64,000 bases of DNA, taken from positions 2,480,001 to 2,544,000 of the forward strand of contig NC_086374.1 in the NCBI RefSeq assembly GCF_036588685.1, in the 5' to 3' direction. Both the position numbers and the translations under genes were made by a program. Position 1 is the first letter of the stretch. Every line of letters begins with the position of its first letter. Below, one piece after another: positions 29,446 to 43,493 of the stretch. This DNA comes from Mytilus trossulus. Taxonomy: Eukaryota. Below the pieces are notes generated by a model. That model had not been told where the DNA came from and searched no databases. It saw nothing but the letters and a program-made list of their open reading frames with translations.

Positions 29446-32400
29446 ATGTCCTTTCAGTTGCAATCAGTTTTAATCACAGATGAAATTGACACTCAGTGTG
29501 TCGAAATTTTACAGAAGAATGGAATTCAAGTGGTGAAAAATACAAAGCTAACGAAAGAACAACTTTTGACAGAAATTCCAGTAAGTATCAAGTTCAGCCT
29601 TCAGGTGCTTATGACTTTTATGCATGCATCAACTATGTGTCAAGTTTAAATGCTGACGCTTTGGGTTCTCTAAACCAGTGAGTTATAATTTTTGCTGCCT
29701 TTTGCAGAATTTTACAAAAATAGTGAGGTTGAAATTAAAAATATGTCTGATGATGTTAGGGATATATGTCATTATACTCATATGCATATGTACAGGATAC
29801 TAGATAGGTTAAGTGTAACCAGTTATAACCAGTTTTCATGGCACTGTGTCTATGTACATGCATGTAGTCGGAGACATATTATTATATGTCTCTGATGTAG
29901 TCTACTACTTCATTTGTGCCCAGATGTAACCAGTTTTCATGGCATGTCTTTGCCTGTCATTGTTATAAAACTAGTATCCATGGCCAGAAAGAAGAATTCC
30001 CATGTTTTTACTGTCTATATCGTTGGTTATTGGATGATCTTTTTAATCAAGTATTAAAAAAACACAAAATATTATATAAAAATTTCTTTTTTAGTCACTA
30101 AAATCATGAGTGTTATACCTAGACCTGGTTTATATAATACAAACAAACAAAAAAAACTATATTGTATCCAAAGCAGATCCTTTTAAAATTGTTAGATTTT
30201 AATCTGGTTACCAATAGTCTGTGTCCTGTCTAGTAGTAGTATATTTGTTAAAATGTACAAATTATTTATTAATGATTAAAAGTAATATGTCTCATTCCAG
30301 TACACTAATCCTATAAACTGTTTACATCTTATGACTATTAAATCTGCCTTTTTACTTACAATGTAGAGGAGGATTAAATGTGGTCATTTTGAATTATTAA
30401 ACATGTTAAAGATGGATTATGATGATGTAATTACAGAATAGTACATGTATCTGTTGTCATCAGTGATGTTCCGCATTCTTCATGGAATTTCTCGTTGCAT
30501 TGAAGACCTGTTGGTGACTTTCTGCTGTTGTTTTTTCTATGGTCGGGTTGTCTCTTTGACACATTCCCCATTTCCATTCTCAATTTTATTCATCAAGTTA
30601 CCTCTCCTTTTTCTCTTCCAAAACCCATTAATTCATTGTAATTATTTATACTTTAGGATTGATATTTTTTTGGGCCCTTTATAGCTTGCTGTTCTGTGTG
30701 AGCCAAGGCTCTGTGTTGGGAACATGTCTTTGATATTAAGTGTTGTCAGCTTTAGATTTCTATCGTATTATCACTTTTTTTTTGTTAATAACAAAGATTT
30801 TATTTAAACATTTTGGTCAAATACTATGAAAATTCATTTCTGATTGAGTTCAGCTGAATATGTTTTTTTATTAAATATTTATAGAAATATGATGGACTGG
30901 TAGTTAGATCTGCTACCAAGGTAACAGCAGATGTCATCAATGCTGGAACCAACCTGAAGATAATTGGTCGTGCTGGTACAGGGGTCGATAACATCGACTG
31001 TGATGCTGCCACAAAACGAGGAATTATTGTGATGAAGTAAGAATACTTTGTATATATAGATCTATGTACATCATTGTTTTATTAAGCAGTTATGTATTTG
31101 TTTTAAATTTCAGCTCATTCACAACCAAAAAAATTACTTCTTACTATGTTAAAAGCAATTCTAGATCCACAATTACTCTTGTTTTTCATCTTTCCCAAAA
31201 TAGCTTCTTCACTGCTGATTGTGGTCATTTGAAACACTTAATCAAAGATGACACTACAATCTATATAATGCATATTTTAACAATAATTCTGATCTTTTTG
31301 TACTCTGAACAAAATTTCATACACCTTGTTATTGTTGTAACAAACACTTTAACCTACATAAAAGTTTTAACATATTTTACATGCACAGTATGTTTTATAA
31401 TAAGAGGAAACTAAAGGAAGCCACAGATCATTGTTGAATAATGACTTCATGAAAAAAATGAGTAACATAACTTCTTATGTATGTTAACAATTTCCATGTT
31501 CCATTTCAGTACACCAGGTGGAAACACTCTTAGTGCTGCTGAACATACTTGTACATTGATATGTGCTTTATCAAGGTAAATACTGCTGATTCTGACATCA
31601 CTCAACAACTTCTGTTCACCAAACACTTGCATAATTTTATACTTTTAAGATAATCCACCTTTTTTTTGGTGGTGGTGGTGGTGGTGGGGGGGGGGGTATC
31701 ATCAGTGGCTCACAGTTTCACTTGTTTTGTCCTGGAACACATACTAGTTTATAAAGCAATTTTAAAAGCAATTTTAAAAGAGAATTGAAAAGATTGTGCA
31801 ATGGTAAAAAAAAGTTATATGTCATCTTCAACGAAAATGTGCAGAATAAGATGCTATTTCCTCTTAGTATACAAAAAAAACATGCTGAGGTTTTACTAAC
31901 CAAGTATCCTAAAACTTGACTCTAAAAACGTAAGACCATATTATAACAGATAGTCTGAGTTATTGAAAAGTGGTGGTCCTACGATTTTGTCCACCAAAAT
32001 TTGCAAAGAACTGGCACAGTTTTAGTATTTTGCAACAGAAATATTTCCCTCGAAGACCACCAGGGGAAAAAGGTTTCAAGAACTGTCGATAGTTTATTTT
32101 TGTATTTAGATAATGTTAAATTCCATTGTGTTTTTTATTGATTTAGCTCTATCTATAACAATATGTTGTACCGATAAATGAAATATTTAAATTTTAAACA
32201 TGTTAAATGTAAATATTTCAGACATATTCATCGAGGTGATAGAGCTATGAAAGAGGAAAAATGGAGTGAAAGAAAAGTTCTGATGGGTAATGAGCTTTAT
32301 GGAAAAACCCTGGCTATTATAGGTTTAGGAAGAATTGGTAAAGAAGTGGCTCTAAGGATGCAGTCATTTGGAATGACAGTAAGTAACAATACTGCGTATA

Positions 32401-35400
32401 ATTGTATAGATCAAGTGAAATCATATCTGTACAATATATACACAGGCTTCACATCTAAATGCTGTCCATTTTAGGCTTACCAAGAATTAACATTAAGAAT
32501 TAAGATTTAAAATTTCAAGCAAAGAGTGATGGCATTTGCTACATGTGTAAAAGTGTTTTCCCAAGAATTCTCAAGGCATCAGAATACACACAAAATTATT
32601 TCATAAACTTGCTTTTTTATATTTTTTTCCATTTGACACTTTAAAATGACACATTTTATTTGATGTTTCTTGGGGAAATGTTGATTAAATAAATAATGTG
32701 ACCATTGTGGACTAAAGAAAGATTTTAAGATTTGTGGATGCAGTCATTTTTATTGCCTGCCAAGTAAATTGTGGAAGGCAAGACACAGGTGTTGCTTTTC
32801 TGGCACATCAAAAAATATAAAAAAAAAGATTTGGTATGATTGCCAATGAGACAACTGTCCACAAGACACCAAAATGACACAGACATTAACAACTATAGGT
32901 CACGGTACGGCCCTCAACAATGGGCAAAGCCCATACCACATTTGTTTGAAGACTATGAAGTCTTTAAAAAATTAAATGAACATCTTACTGCCATAATTTT
33001 TTTTATCACAAACTTTGATTTTCCGTTTCTACTTTCAGACCATTGGTTATGATCCTATCATCCCAGCTGAGGTTAGTGCAGAGTTTAACACAGAATGGAT
33101 GCCACTGGAGAAGATTTGGCCACTAGCTGATTATATTACAGTCCACACACCACTCATTCCACAGACCAGAAGTAAGTTGATGTGGTCGAGGATATATGTA
33201 GGTCTACTTTCTCTAATACTAGAAGTCAACTGACATCTTGGGATGTAAACAAATGAGTGCTTTTCCTCAAATATAAAGTCAAACCAACTGTTAAGATTTC
33301 CTTTTATTTTCCAAAGCTTTTTGTTTGGAATATACCTGTTGAAGAATATTATAGAAATGTATGCTCAATTTAAATTGTATCATTTTGAAATTATTCACAA
33401 TTTTAAAGCTAGAACCTCATATAACATAGAACGGTTCTTAATAATCCTGATATTTAAATGTTTCAATATACACGATAGAGTTGACAAGACAGTATTTATC
33501 AAAATAAGCCAAGTATTGAGAAAAATATCCCCAAAAAAGACCAAAGGATTAAGAATTTACTATTTGGTTTTCACTAATACCGTAACTAAGTACTCATTCA
33601 TTAAGATAGAAATATGTTGTGTCTATTTTTGTATTGACAAATGACCCACTATTCTGCATTTGTAATGAAAGGTTATTGTTATTTGTCTTTACAGATTTAA
33701 TAAATGACCAAGTATTCTCAGTGTGTAAGAAAGGTTATTGTTATTTGTCTTTACAGATTTAATAAATGACCAAGTATTCTCAGTGTGTAAGAAAGGTTAT
33801 TGTTATTTGTCTTTACAGATTTAATAAATGACCAAGTATTCTCAGTGTGTAAGAAAGGTTATTGTTTATTTGTCTTTACAGATTTAATAAATGACCAAGT
33901 ATTCTCAGTGTGTAAGAAAGGTTATTGTTATTTGTCTTTACAGATTTGATAAATGACCAAGTATTCTCAGTGTGTAAGAAAGGTTATTGTTATTTGTCTT
34001 TACAGATTTGATAAATGACCAAGTATTCTCAGTGTGTAAGAAAGGTTATTGTTTATTTGTCTTTACAGATTTGATAAATGACCAAGTATTCTCAGTGTGT
34101 AAGAAAGGTTATTGTTATTTGTCTTTACAGATTTAATAAATGACCAAGTATTCTCAGTGTGTAAGAAAGGTTATTGTTTATTTGTCTTTACAGATTTGAT
34201 AAATGACCAAGTATTCTCAGTGTGTAAGAAAGGTTATTGTTTATTTGTCTTTACAGATTTAATAAATGACCAAGTATTCTCAGTGTGTAAGAAAGGTTAT
34301 TGTTTATTTGTCTTTACAGATTTAATAAATGACCAAGTATTCTCAGTGTGTAAGAAAGGTTATTGTTATTTGTCTTTACAGATTTGATAAATGACCAAGT
34401 ATTCTCAGTGTGTAAGAAAGGTTATTGTTTATTTGTCTTTACAGATTTGATAAATGACCAAGTATTCTCAGTGTGTAAGAAAGGTTATTGTTTATTTGTC
34501 TTTACAGATTTAATAAATGACCAAGTATTCTCAGTGTGTAAGAAAGGTTATTGTTTATTTGTCTTTACAGATTTAATAAATGACCAAGTATTCTCAGTGT
34601 GTAAGAAAGGTTATTGTTATTTGTCTTTACAGATTTGATAAATGACCAAGTATTCTCAGTGTGTAAGAAAGGTTATTGTTATTTGTCTTTACAGATTTGA
34701 TAAATGACCAAGTATTCTCAGTGTGTAAGAAAGGTTATTGTTATTTGTCTTTACAGATTTGATAAATGACCAAGTATTCTCAGTGTGTAAGAAAGGTTAT
34801 TGTTATTTGTCTTTACAGATTTGATAAATGACCAAGTATTCTCAGTGTGTAAGAAAGGTTATTGTTATTTGTCTTTACAGATTTGATAAATGACCAAGTA
34901 TTCTCAGTGTGTAAGAAAGGTTATTGTTTATTTGTCTTTACAGATTTAATAAATGACCAAGTATTCTCAGTGTGTAAGAAAGGTTATTGTTTATTTGTCT
35001 TTACAGATTTGATAAATGACCAAGTATTCTCAGTGTGTAAGAAAGGTTATTGTTATTTGTCTTTACAGATTTGATAAATGACCAAGTATTCTCAGTGTGT
35101 AAGAAAGGTTATTGTTATTTGTCTTTACAGATTTGATAAATGACCAAGTATTCTCAGTGTGTAAGAAAGGTTATTGTTATTTGTCTTTACAGATTTGATA
35201 AATGACCAAGTATTCTCAGTGTGTAAGAAAGGTTATTGTTTATTTGTCTTTACAGATTTAATAAATGACCAAGTATTCTCAGTGTGTAAGAAAGGTTATT
35301 GTTTATTTGTCTTTACAGATTTGATAAATGACCAAGTATTCTCAGTGTGTAAGAAAGGTTATTGTTTATTTGTCTTTACAGATTTAATAAATGACCAAGT

Positions 35401-38400
35401 ATTCTCAGTGTGTAAGAAAGGTTATTGTTTATTTGTCTTTACAGATTTAATAAATGACCAAGTATTCTCAGTGTGTAAGAAAGGTTATTGTTTATTTGTC
35501 TTTACAGATTTAATAAATGACCAAGTATTCTCAGTGTGTAAGAAAGGTTATTGTTTATTTGTCTTTACAGATTTAATAAATGACCAAGTATTCTCAGTGT
35601 GTAAGAAAGGTTATTGTTTATTTGTCTTTACAGATTTGATAAATGACCAAGTATTCTCAGTGTGTAAGAAAGGTTATTGTTATTTGTCTTTACAGATTTG
35701 ATAAATGACCAAGTATTCTCAGTGTGTAAGAAAGGTGTTAAAGTGGTTAATGTAGCGAGAGGTGGCATCATAGAAGAGGCGGCCATCAAGAGAGCTATAG
35801 AATCAGGTCAATGTGGAGGAGCAGGTCTAGATGTCTTTGAAAGTGAGCCACCTAAAGATTTCACCTTAGCAAAGATGCCACAAGTATTAGCCACTCCACA
35901 TTTAGGAGCAAGTACCACTGAAGCACAGAAACGGGTGGCTGTTGAGATTGCAGAACAATTTGTTGATGTGGTGCGAGGAAAAAGTTTATTTGGTGCTGTA
36001 AGTTGATGGTTAAAATAAGTTTCTGCAGAATTACATTTGGTTTTGCAAATAAAAAAAAAAGATCTCATTTGGACTGCTTATACTCTTCAGGTCATCCAAA
36101 CATTTCCTTTTAAATTTTCTGACATAACAGATCTTTTCATTTGTTGAATATCTACTTTTAACAAAGTTACACAATGTAAATAATTATCTATAATTATCCA
36201 AAACATTTTTAGCTTTAGATATTGGTAGGTTTAATGTTTACACAAACACTATCAAATACATTTGTACAACTATAATTGCCATTTAAACTGTTAGTATGCT
36301 ATATCTAGCTGTTTAGAAAATGAGTTTGAAAACAGTCTTCAAGAACAAATAGAAAGATGGAAAGTGATTTGAAATAAGGGTGATGATGTTTGAGTTTTCA
36401 ATATTATTGTATTATGTTGCAGATAAATGCTCATGCTATGACAAATGCATTGAGTCCAGAATCTCGACCATGGGTAGTACTTGGTAGGAAGTTGGGACAA
36501 GTGGCAGCAGGTTTAAACCCAGGAAACGTAGAAAATATGCAAGTCACAACTTATGGTATGAAAATCTTTTATGTACATGCACAGCTAAATAAACTCCTCT
36601 TACAACATTTAATTTATATATTTATCTCCCTTTATAACAGTAGATTTATAAAATTATCTCCCTTTATAACAGTAGATTTATAAAATTATCTCCCTTTATA
36701 ACAGTAGATTTATAAAATTATCTCCCTTTATAACAGTAGATTTATATAATTATCTCCATTTATAACAGTAGATTTATAGAGGTATTGAGAATAAGTTATA
36801 ATTTTACATGAATATAGACATACTAGAACATAAACTAGTCATGCTTGTAGTTTCCTTTTCTCACCACAGCTTTTGAATTTATCATTATTTTTTATGCCCC
36901 CCAACAATAGTAGATTGGCATTATGTTTTCTAGTCTGTTCGTCCATCCTTTTGTGAGTCTGTCCGGCTTCAGGTTAAAGTTTTTAGTCAAGGTAGTATTT
37001 GACAACCCTTTGATATGATCTTTCTAATTTAAATGCCAAATTGATTTTGACCCCAATTCACGGTCCACTGAACATAGAAAATGATAATGTTGAGGTCTTA
37101 TCAACTTAAAACTTAGTACACATGTTCCCTATGATATGATCTTTCTTATTTGGCATTATTTTTTACAGCAATTTCAAGGTCAACTGAACATAGAAAATGA
37201 TAGTGCAAATGAGGCATCAGAGTGCTATGGACACATTCTTGTTTAGGCTAATATATTAAATCTCCTGTCAAAAGAGATTGATAAATCTTAAATATATATC
37301 TTCATAAAGATAAAGAAGTGTGGTATAATTGCCATTGAGCATCAGAATTCAAATAAAGTGGGTGTTAGCAATTATAGTCATCTTTAAAAAGGCCTTTACA
37401 TGAAAAATGTAAAACAAATCAAACGAGGAAACAAAGGTCTTATTGATAACAAAACAATTTAATATGAAAAACTTTTGACAGACATGAACCAATGACAACC
37501 TCAGAACTACACTGACTCACCTGACTTGGGATAGGCACAACAGGAATGTGGAAGCTTTAAACATGATTGTTAGTGCTCAATCCTGGCTTGTTTTTAATTA
37601 AAATATTTGGGAGTAAAATAAGAGGCATATCATCTCAGAAAAGTATTTAAATTGTGAAATCAATTTCAGTTTTATTAGTATATTTGTAATAAGTATGGAT
37701 AATTGGATATTGAAATTAATAAAACATTACCTGTAATTGTGCAGCATTGGTGACATTTTTTATGAGTGTTATTTTTTTCTAGGACCATCATTGAAACAAG
37801 CTGGGTCCTACTTGAGTGCAGCTATACTCTCAGGATTACTACAGAACTCTCCTGCATTAGGAGGAGGGGATAGTCCTACTCTTAATCTAGTCAATTCTCC
37901 TGCCTTGGCAAAACAAATGGGATTAAATGTTAGTGCATTTTTATAATACCACTATTTGTTAAAAAGTGAGATAATGGCATTTTGTGAAATCTGTTTACAA
38001 TCAGCATTTACCTTCAAGTTTGTCATTTTTGTTGTCTGCACCTATTTTATTAAACCCTAGCAATGCTTTATGAACTAGATGTACAAATTTAGTTTGAGTA
38101 GAATATACAATTAAGCAGGATTTGTAATTCAACTAATGTGATACCATGTGCTCTGTATTTTTAAACATATTTCTGAAGGAATGGCAATTATTTGAGTGAT
38201 CGGGCAAACTTGAACTATTTGACAAAAACAAATAAATTTAGAAATATTTTTTTCCTTGACTCAATTTTCATGAAATTTTCTGTTATCATTGTTGAGTAAC
38301 CAGGAGGAATATAAGAGCATTGTCCGGGCAATTATTGGAAAACTCTTTGAAGATATATTTTTGAATTAAGATATGTTTGTTTCTTGAAACGAAATGAAGG

Positions 38401-39487
38401 TCAAGTTAAATTTTTCAGATTTTGTCTTCCATTATTGTTAAAATTTGTAATCTATTATTCAGGTAAAGAACACCCATGAAGAAGCAGCTCCATCGCCATA
38501 TACCAATGTAGTGTCAGTGATATTCAACAATGGATTCCGTCTGTCAGGAACAACTTCTGGTGGTAATGCCCTTCTCATTGAAGTCCAAGGTCAACAGTTC
38601 TCTGTACCTGCCTCACTAGTTGATGTAGCTTTACTCTTCAAAGGAACTGGTAACCCTCAGTTACTACCAACTGTAGCAGGTTAGTATAACTCTCAATGAA
38701 CAACAGAAAGGAGAGTTCAATTTGTACAAGTAAACAAAGAATTTTAGAATGCGTCTTAGTTACTGGTTCTAATTAAATCAAGCTCACTGTACCTACTCTG
38801 GTGATGTAACAATCTTGGTAAAATTACCTGTTGTATTTTATAATAGATATCATACAGTAATTATCAATAGCAGACATGAAAAATACCTCTTGTGAAGTTC
38901 TCAATGTACATATGTGAAAAAAATTGATGAGGTCACCATACATAAGAAGGATTATAAAATTCCTTATCGCTATTTTAACAAATTTTTCCTTGATTTTACT
39001 GACTGATAAAAAAGTTTCTCAGTCAGTAGAGTGATATGAAAAATTAATGCTAGAAACTTAGGGTGCACATGCAGTTGTCAATGAAATTAACAACATCGTC
39101 ATAGATAAAATAGCAATAAACAGATTATCATTGGTCATCTCAATGCCACTGCTTTTCTCACTTTCACTGTACCGCCTCAAGCAAGAAAATCAATTTCTTT
39201 AGATTACCAATCATAATCTATCAAAACTTGAAATAGTCAATATTCAATATAGGATATAAAAAAGACAACTTATTTGACATTATATATATGGAACCTGAAT
39301 GACATATATGAAATATTTCTTTTTAGGAGCTTTGGCTAGTGCTGGAATGTGTGTATCAAGTTTGACAGTTTCCATTGAAAATGATGGACAGAAATGGGGT
39401 GTAGCCACTTTTGCCACACCTCCAACAGAAAAATGTCTGGAAGTTCTGAAGACAATTGTAAATGCTGCAGTCCTTGTAACACTATGA
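29446..39487 (+). CDS. PHGDH: D-3-phosphoglycerate dehydrogenase, 10 exons, 533 aa
   Basis: Exons 29446-29580, 30885-31036, 31510-31575, 32222-32378, 33039-33171, 35696-35997, 36423-36555, 37783-37928, 38463-38679, 39327-39487 (1602 nt). Motifs [87 protein letters not shown]. Confidence 0.95.
29869..29894. mobile_element. 26-bp near-palindromic micro-insertion (same family), 7-bp TSD, PHGDH intron 1
   Basis: CGGAGACATATTATTATATGTCTCTG flanked by ATGTAGT at 29862-29868 and 29895-29901. Confidence 0.7.
33661..35736 (+). repeat. Tandem array of 62/63-bp units spanning the PHGDH intron 5/exon 6 junction (33 acceptor copies)
   Basis: Unit ttattgtt(t)atttgtctttacag|ATTT(A/G)ATAAATGACCAAGTATTCTCAGTGTGTAAGAAAGg. 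First AG ends at 33694 and last at 35695; 2001 bp fits only 15x62 + 17x63. Confidence 0.97.
36623..36778. repeat. 32-bp minisatellite, ~5 copies, PHGDH intron 7
   Basis: tatctccctttataacagtagatttataaaat at 36623, 36655, 36687, 36719, 36751. Confidence 0.9.
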
Positions 39488-42027
39488 GAACAATATGTAG
39501 TTTATTTTAGTTATTTGTAAGAACCATGGATTGGTCTTAAGATTTATCCAAGTCTAAATGAAAGGAAAATTCAGGTTATTGGTTATTATTTACTTTTGAG
39601 ACAATTATAAAAAGTATGAAAATAGGGCAATTAATCACACACACACACATATATTATTAGTGCATGTTTTGTTATTATATTAGTTATTAAAGATATAAGT
39701 GTTATGTTCGATCTCAATACTCATGATATTGAAATTTGTTTTTGTTTGTTTTCATTTTTTCCTATATTTGCAGTATCCTTATACTTGACAAATAATTATT
39801 AGGGCTAACTTTTGTTTGTGTAAGAATCCATTTTTCAGAAATCAAGATTTTTGTAATTTTTAAGATATTAAAATGTTAATTGTTAATATGGTTTTGTTTC
39901 ATATATTATTTTTTATAAATCGTTTTGATTTTCATAAGCATCCCCTCATAAGGAAAGACCCTTAACAGTTTGATGTATGAGTCATATTTTCAAAAACCTA
40001 AGCCAAAATATTGTGATTGTCTGATTATGTCTTCCAATCATTGAATAATCAACCAATAATGTAGTAGTATAGTCATTACAAATAGGTAAATAACCGAACA
40101 ATCTGTTGAGAAATAAATACTAAGTTAAGTAAGATGCCAGAACAAGCATTCTTATGAATTATTACTTTTTTGTATGAAAACAAATGCCATTAAAATTTAA
40201 AGTGGCTTAACTTTAGCATTTTAGAGACTTAATACAAAATTGGTTACATTTAATAAAAGAAATGTTTGAATGATTACTATTTTGTTAACATTGTGATAAT
40301 TTGGTTACATTGTAATGATTTGGTAAAATTGTAATAATTTGGTTACATTGTTAATTAAGTTTGATAACATTGTGATATACTTTTAAATGTAGTTTGCTGT
40401 AAGTTTTGAAAACTTTTGATTCCTCTAAAACATTTCACATTGCATTGAGGTTTATATATTGTTCATCTAAATACAATTACCTCATTATTCAGACTTATGA
40501 CAAATATAAGCTGCAACAGCTGTGAAGATTGGTTGTGTATTTTCATTAGAATCATTATTATTTTTAAAATCTAAGGACCAATTTATTAATCTTAGGATTT
40601 ATTATGAAAATTCAATCATTAAATAAAAATAATTGTATATTAATAGTTCATAGTATATGTTATTTGGTAAAGAATTGTAGAGCCACATTCTGTTTTTGTT
40701 AGCAGTATTGAAGCTTGAAGGTGTTGGTATGTAAGGTCATTTGATCAGTATTAAAGCATTAAGGTGTGGGTTGAAAGGTCACATATCCAGTGTACTTAAT
40801 ATTATCATTTATTTCTGTTTGAATCTCACAAGTTATGCATACTCAAGATATATTTTTACATTGATGTTTTAATTCCATGAAGCATTAATTTCATTGAGGA
40901 TTATGAAAACAGTTGTAAGATTATCATTTTTGTCCTCAAATTATTTTTTCTTTACACTAAATATGTACCATTAATTTTCAGCAAGTAAATCAAAACTGTT
41001 TTGTGTTAGAGTAGTGTACCTATCCTGGATTTCTGTAATCTGTATTGAGAAATTGGAAAACACTTTTAGGCAGTATATACAAATTAAAAAAATCTTAGTG
41101 GCAGTTAAAAAAAAATCATATAAAGCCTATAGAGGAAATCACCAGGAATTAAACATTTAGATAAAATTAAATAAATATACATTTTGCCTAGTTTGGATTG
41201 GAGACTTTTATTTTTATTTACCAAGTTTTTTACGAATCTGCTTCCCCAGTGTGTTGGTTTATATTTAGGTGCAATTGTTCCCTACTTTTTTTATATTTTG
41301 TTATTTTGTGAGAAAATGAAGAAAGTTGAGCAATTTTTCTTATCTAGTCTTTTAATTTCTATAGTGATTTGTTTGTAAACTGTATACATTATGATCTTCA
41401 ATAAAACATTAATAAGAACAGTTTATTAATACAGCCACTACCAAAAGAGGACATGAGGCTTAAGGGCTGATATTAAAACACTTTAATTTAGGGTTACCTA
41501 ATTGCTAACCAACTATAGTTGTTGGGTTTGATAAAGACAGATAATTACCACATATTGATTTGTACTGTTTAATCTCATAATAGTTTACATTATTAAAGCT
41601 GTTACACAAATTCGAATGTAAAATTGAAAATAAATATTTTATGTATGGCTGTGTTCACTTGTGTCTATATTTTGTAATTTCAAAAACTTTTGTTTTCATT
41701 ATGGCCATTCTTCTTGATGTCTCTTTTTAAGCAATAAACACCGGGCTGAATATTTGAACCATCATTTGTTATGCTATTGATTAGGAAGATAATATATAAA
41801 CAAAGGGGAATGCTATGTGTAATCAATGAAACCGCAAGCCAATGCAAAAAAAAACCCAAACCAACAAAATACAGGTGGTCTAAGAGATGAACATAAAAAC
41901 TACAGACTTGAATACTGATATTTGCTGCTTCTCTGCTTAGTATGTGGCAGAAAGTGTTCAGAATCAGACTGTTTCCTGCAGACCTTGTGAACTAGCACTT
42001 CAGAAATATGGCTCAGTGTTTATGTAG

Positions 42028-43493
42028 CATGTTCTTGTCTTAAATGTGCTTTTAGTTAGACACTGGACATTGACAAACCATACATCAACACAAATAAATA
42101 AGTCTTATAATATCCGTACATGTACTTGTCTTAAATTTGCATTTAGTTAGACACTGGACATTGACAAATCATACATCAACACACATAAATAAGTCTTATA
42201 ATATCAGTACATGTTCTTGTCTTAAATGTGCTTTTAGTTAGACACTGGACATTGACAAACCATACATCAACACAAATAAATAAGTCTTATAATATCCGTA
42301 CATGTACTTGTCTTAAATGTGCTTTTAGTTAGACACTGGACATTGACAAACCATACATCAACACACATAAATAAGTCTTATAATATCAGTACATGTTCTT
42401 GTCTTAAATGTGCTTTTAGTTAGACACTGGACATTGACAAATCATACATCAACACACATAAATAAGTCTTATAATATCCATACATGTAGTTGTCTTAAAT
42501 GTGCTTTTAGTTAGACACTGGACATTGACAAATCATACATCAACACACATAAATAAGTCTTATAATATCCGTACATGTACTTGTCTTAAATGTGCTTTTA
42601 GTTAGACACTGGACATTGACAAACCATACATCAACACACATAAATAAGTCTTATAATATCAGTACATGTTCTTGTCTTAAATGTGCTTTTAGTTAGACAC
42701 TGGACATTGACAAACCATACATCAACACAAATAAATAAGTCTTATAATATCCGTACATGTACTTGTCTTAAATGTGCTTTTAGTTAGACACTGGACATTG
42801 ACAAACCATACATCAACACAAATAAATAAGTCTTATAATATCAGTACATGTTCTTGTCTTAAATGTGCTTTTAGTTAGACACTGGACATTGACAAATCAT
42901 ACATCAACACACATAAATAAGTCTTATAATATCAGTACATGTTCTTGTCTTAAATGTGCTTTTAGTTAGACACTGGACATTGACAAATCATACATCAACA
43001 CAAATAAATAAGTCTTATAATATCCGTACATGTACTTGTCTTAAATGTGCTTTTAGTTAGACACTGGACATTGACAAACCATACATCAACACACATAAAT
43101 AAGTCTTATAATATCAGTACATGTTCTTGTCTTAAATGTGCATTTAGTTAGACACTGGACATTGACAAATCATACATCAACACACATAAATAAGTCTTAT
43201 AATATCAGTACATGTTCTTGTCTTAAATGTGCTTTTAGTTAGACACTGGACATTGACAAACCATACATCAACACAAATAAATAAGTCTTATAATATCCGT
43301 ACATGTACTTGTCTTAAATGTGCATTTAGTTAGACACTGGACATTGACAAATCATACATCAACACAAATAAATAAGTCTTATAATATCAGTACATGTTCT
43401 TGTCTTAAATGTGCTTTTAGTTAGACACTGGACATTGACAAACCATACATCAACACAAATAAATAAGTCTTATAATATCTGTACATGTACTTG
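42028..43493. repeat. 91-bp tandem satellite, 16 copies
   Basis: catgt(t/a)cttg recurs at 42028, 42119, 42210 ... 43484 (exactly 16x91). Confidence 0.95.

Noticed and set aside
34112-35701. Repetitive ORFs ([21 protein letters not shown])n as a repeat protein
   Set aside because: They are translations of runs of 63-bp units, start at TTG and end at each 62-bp unit; not an independent gene.
21268-39487. PHOSPHO2-PHGDH adjacency as a serine/vitamin B6 functional cluster
   Set aside because: Only thematic; nothing in the sequence shows co-regulation, and I know of no conserved linkage.
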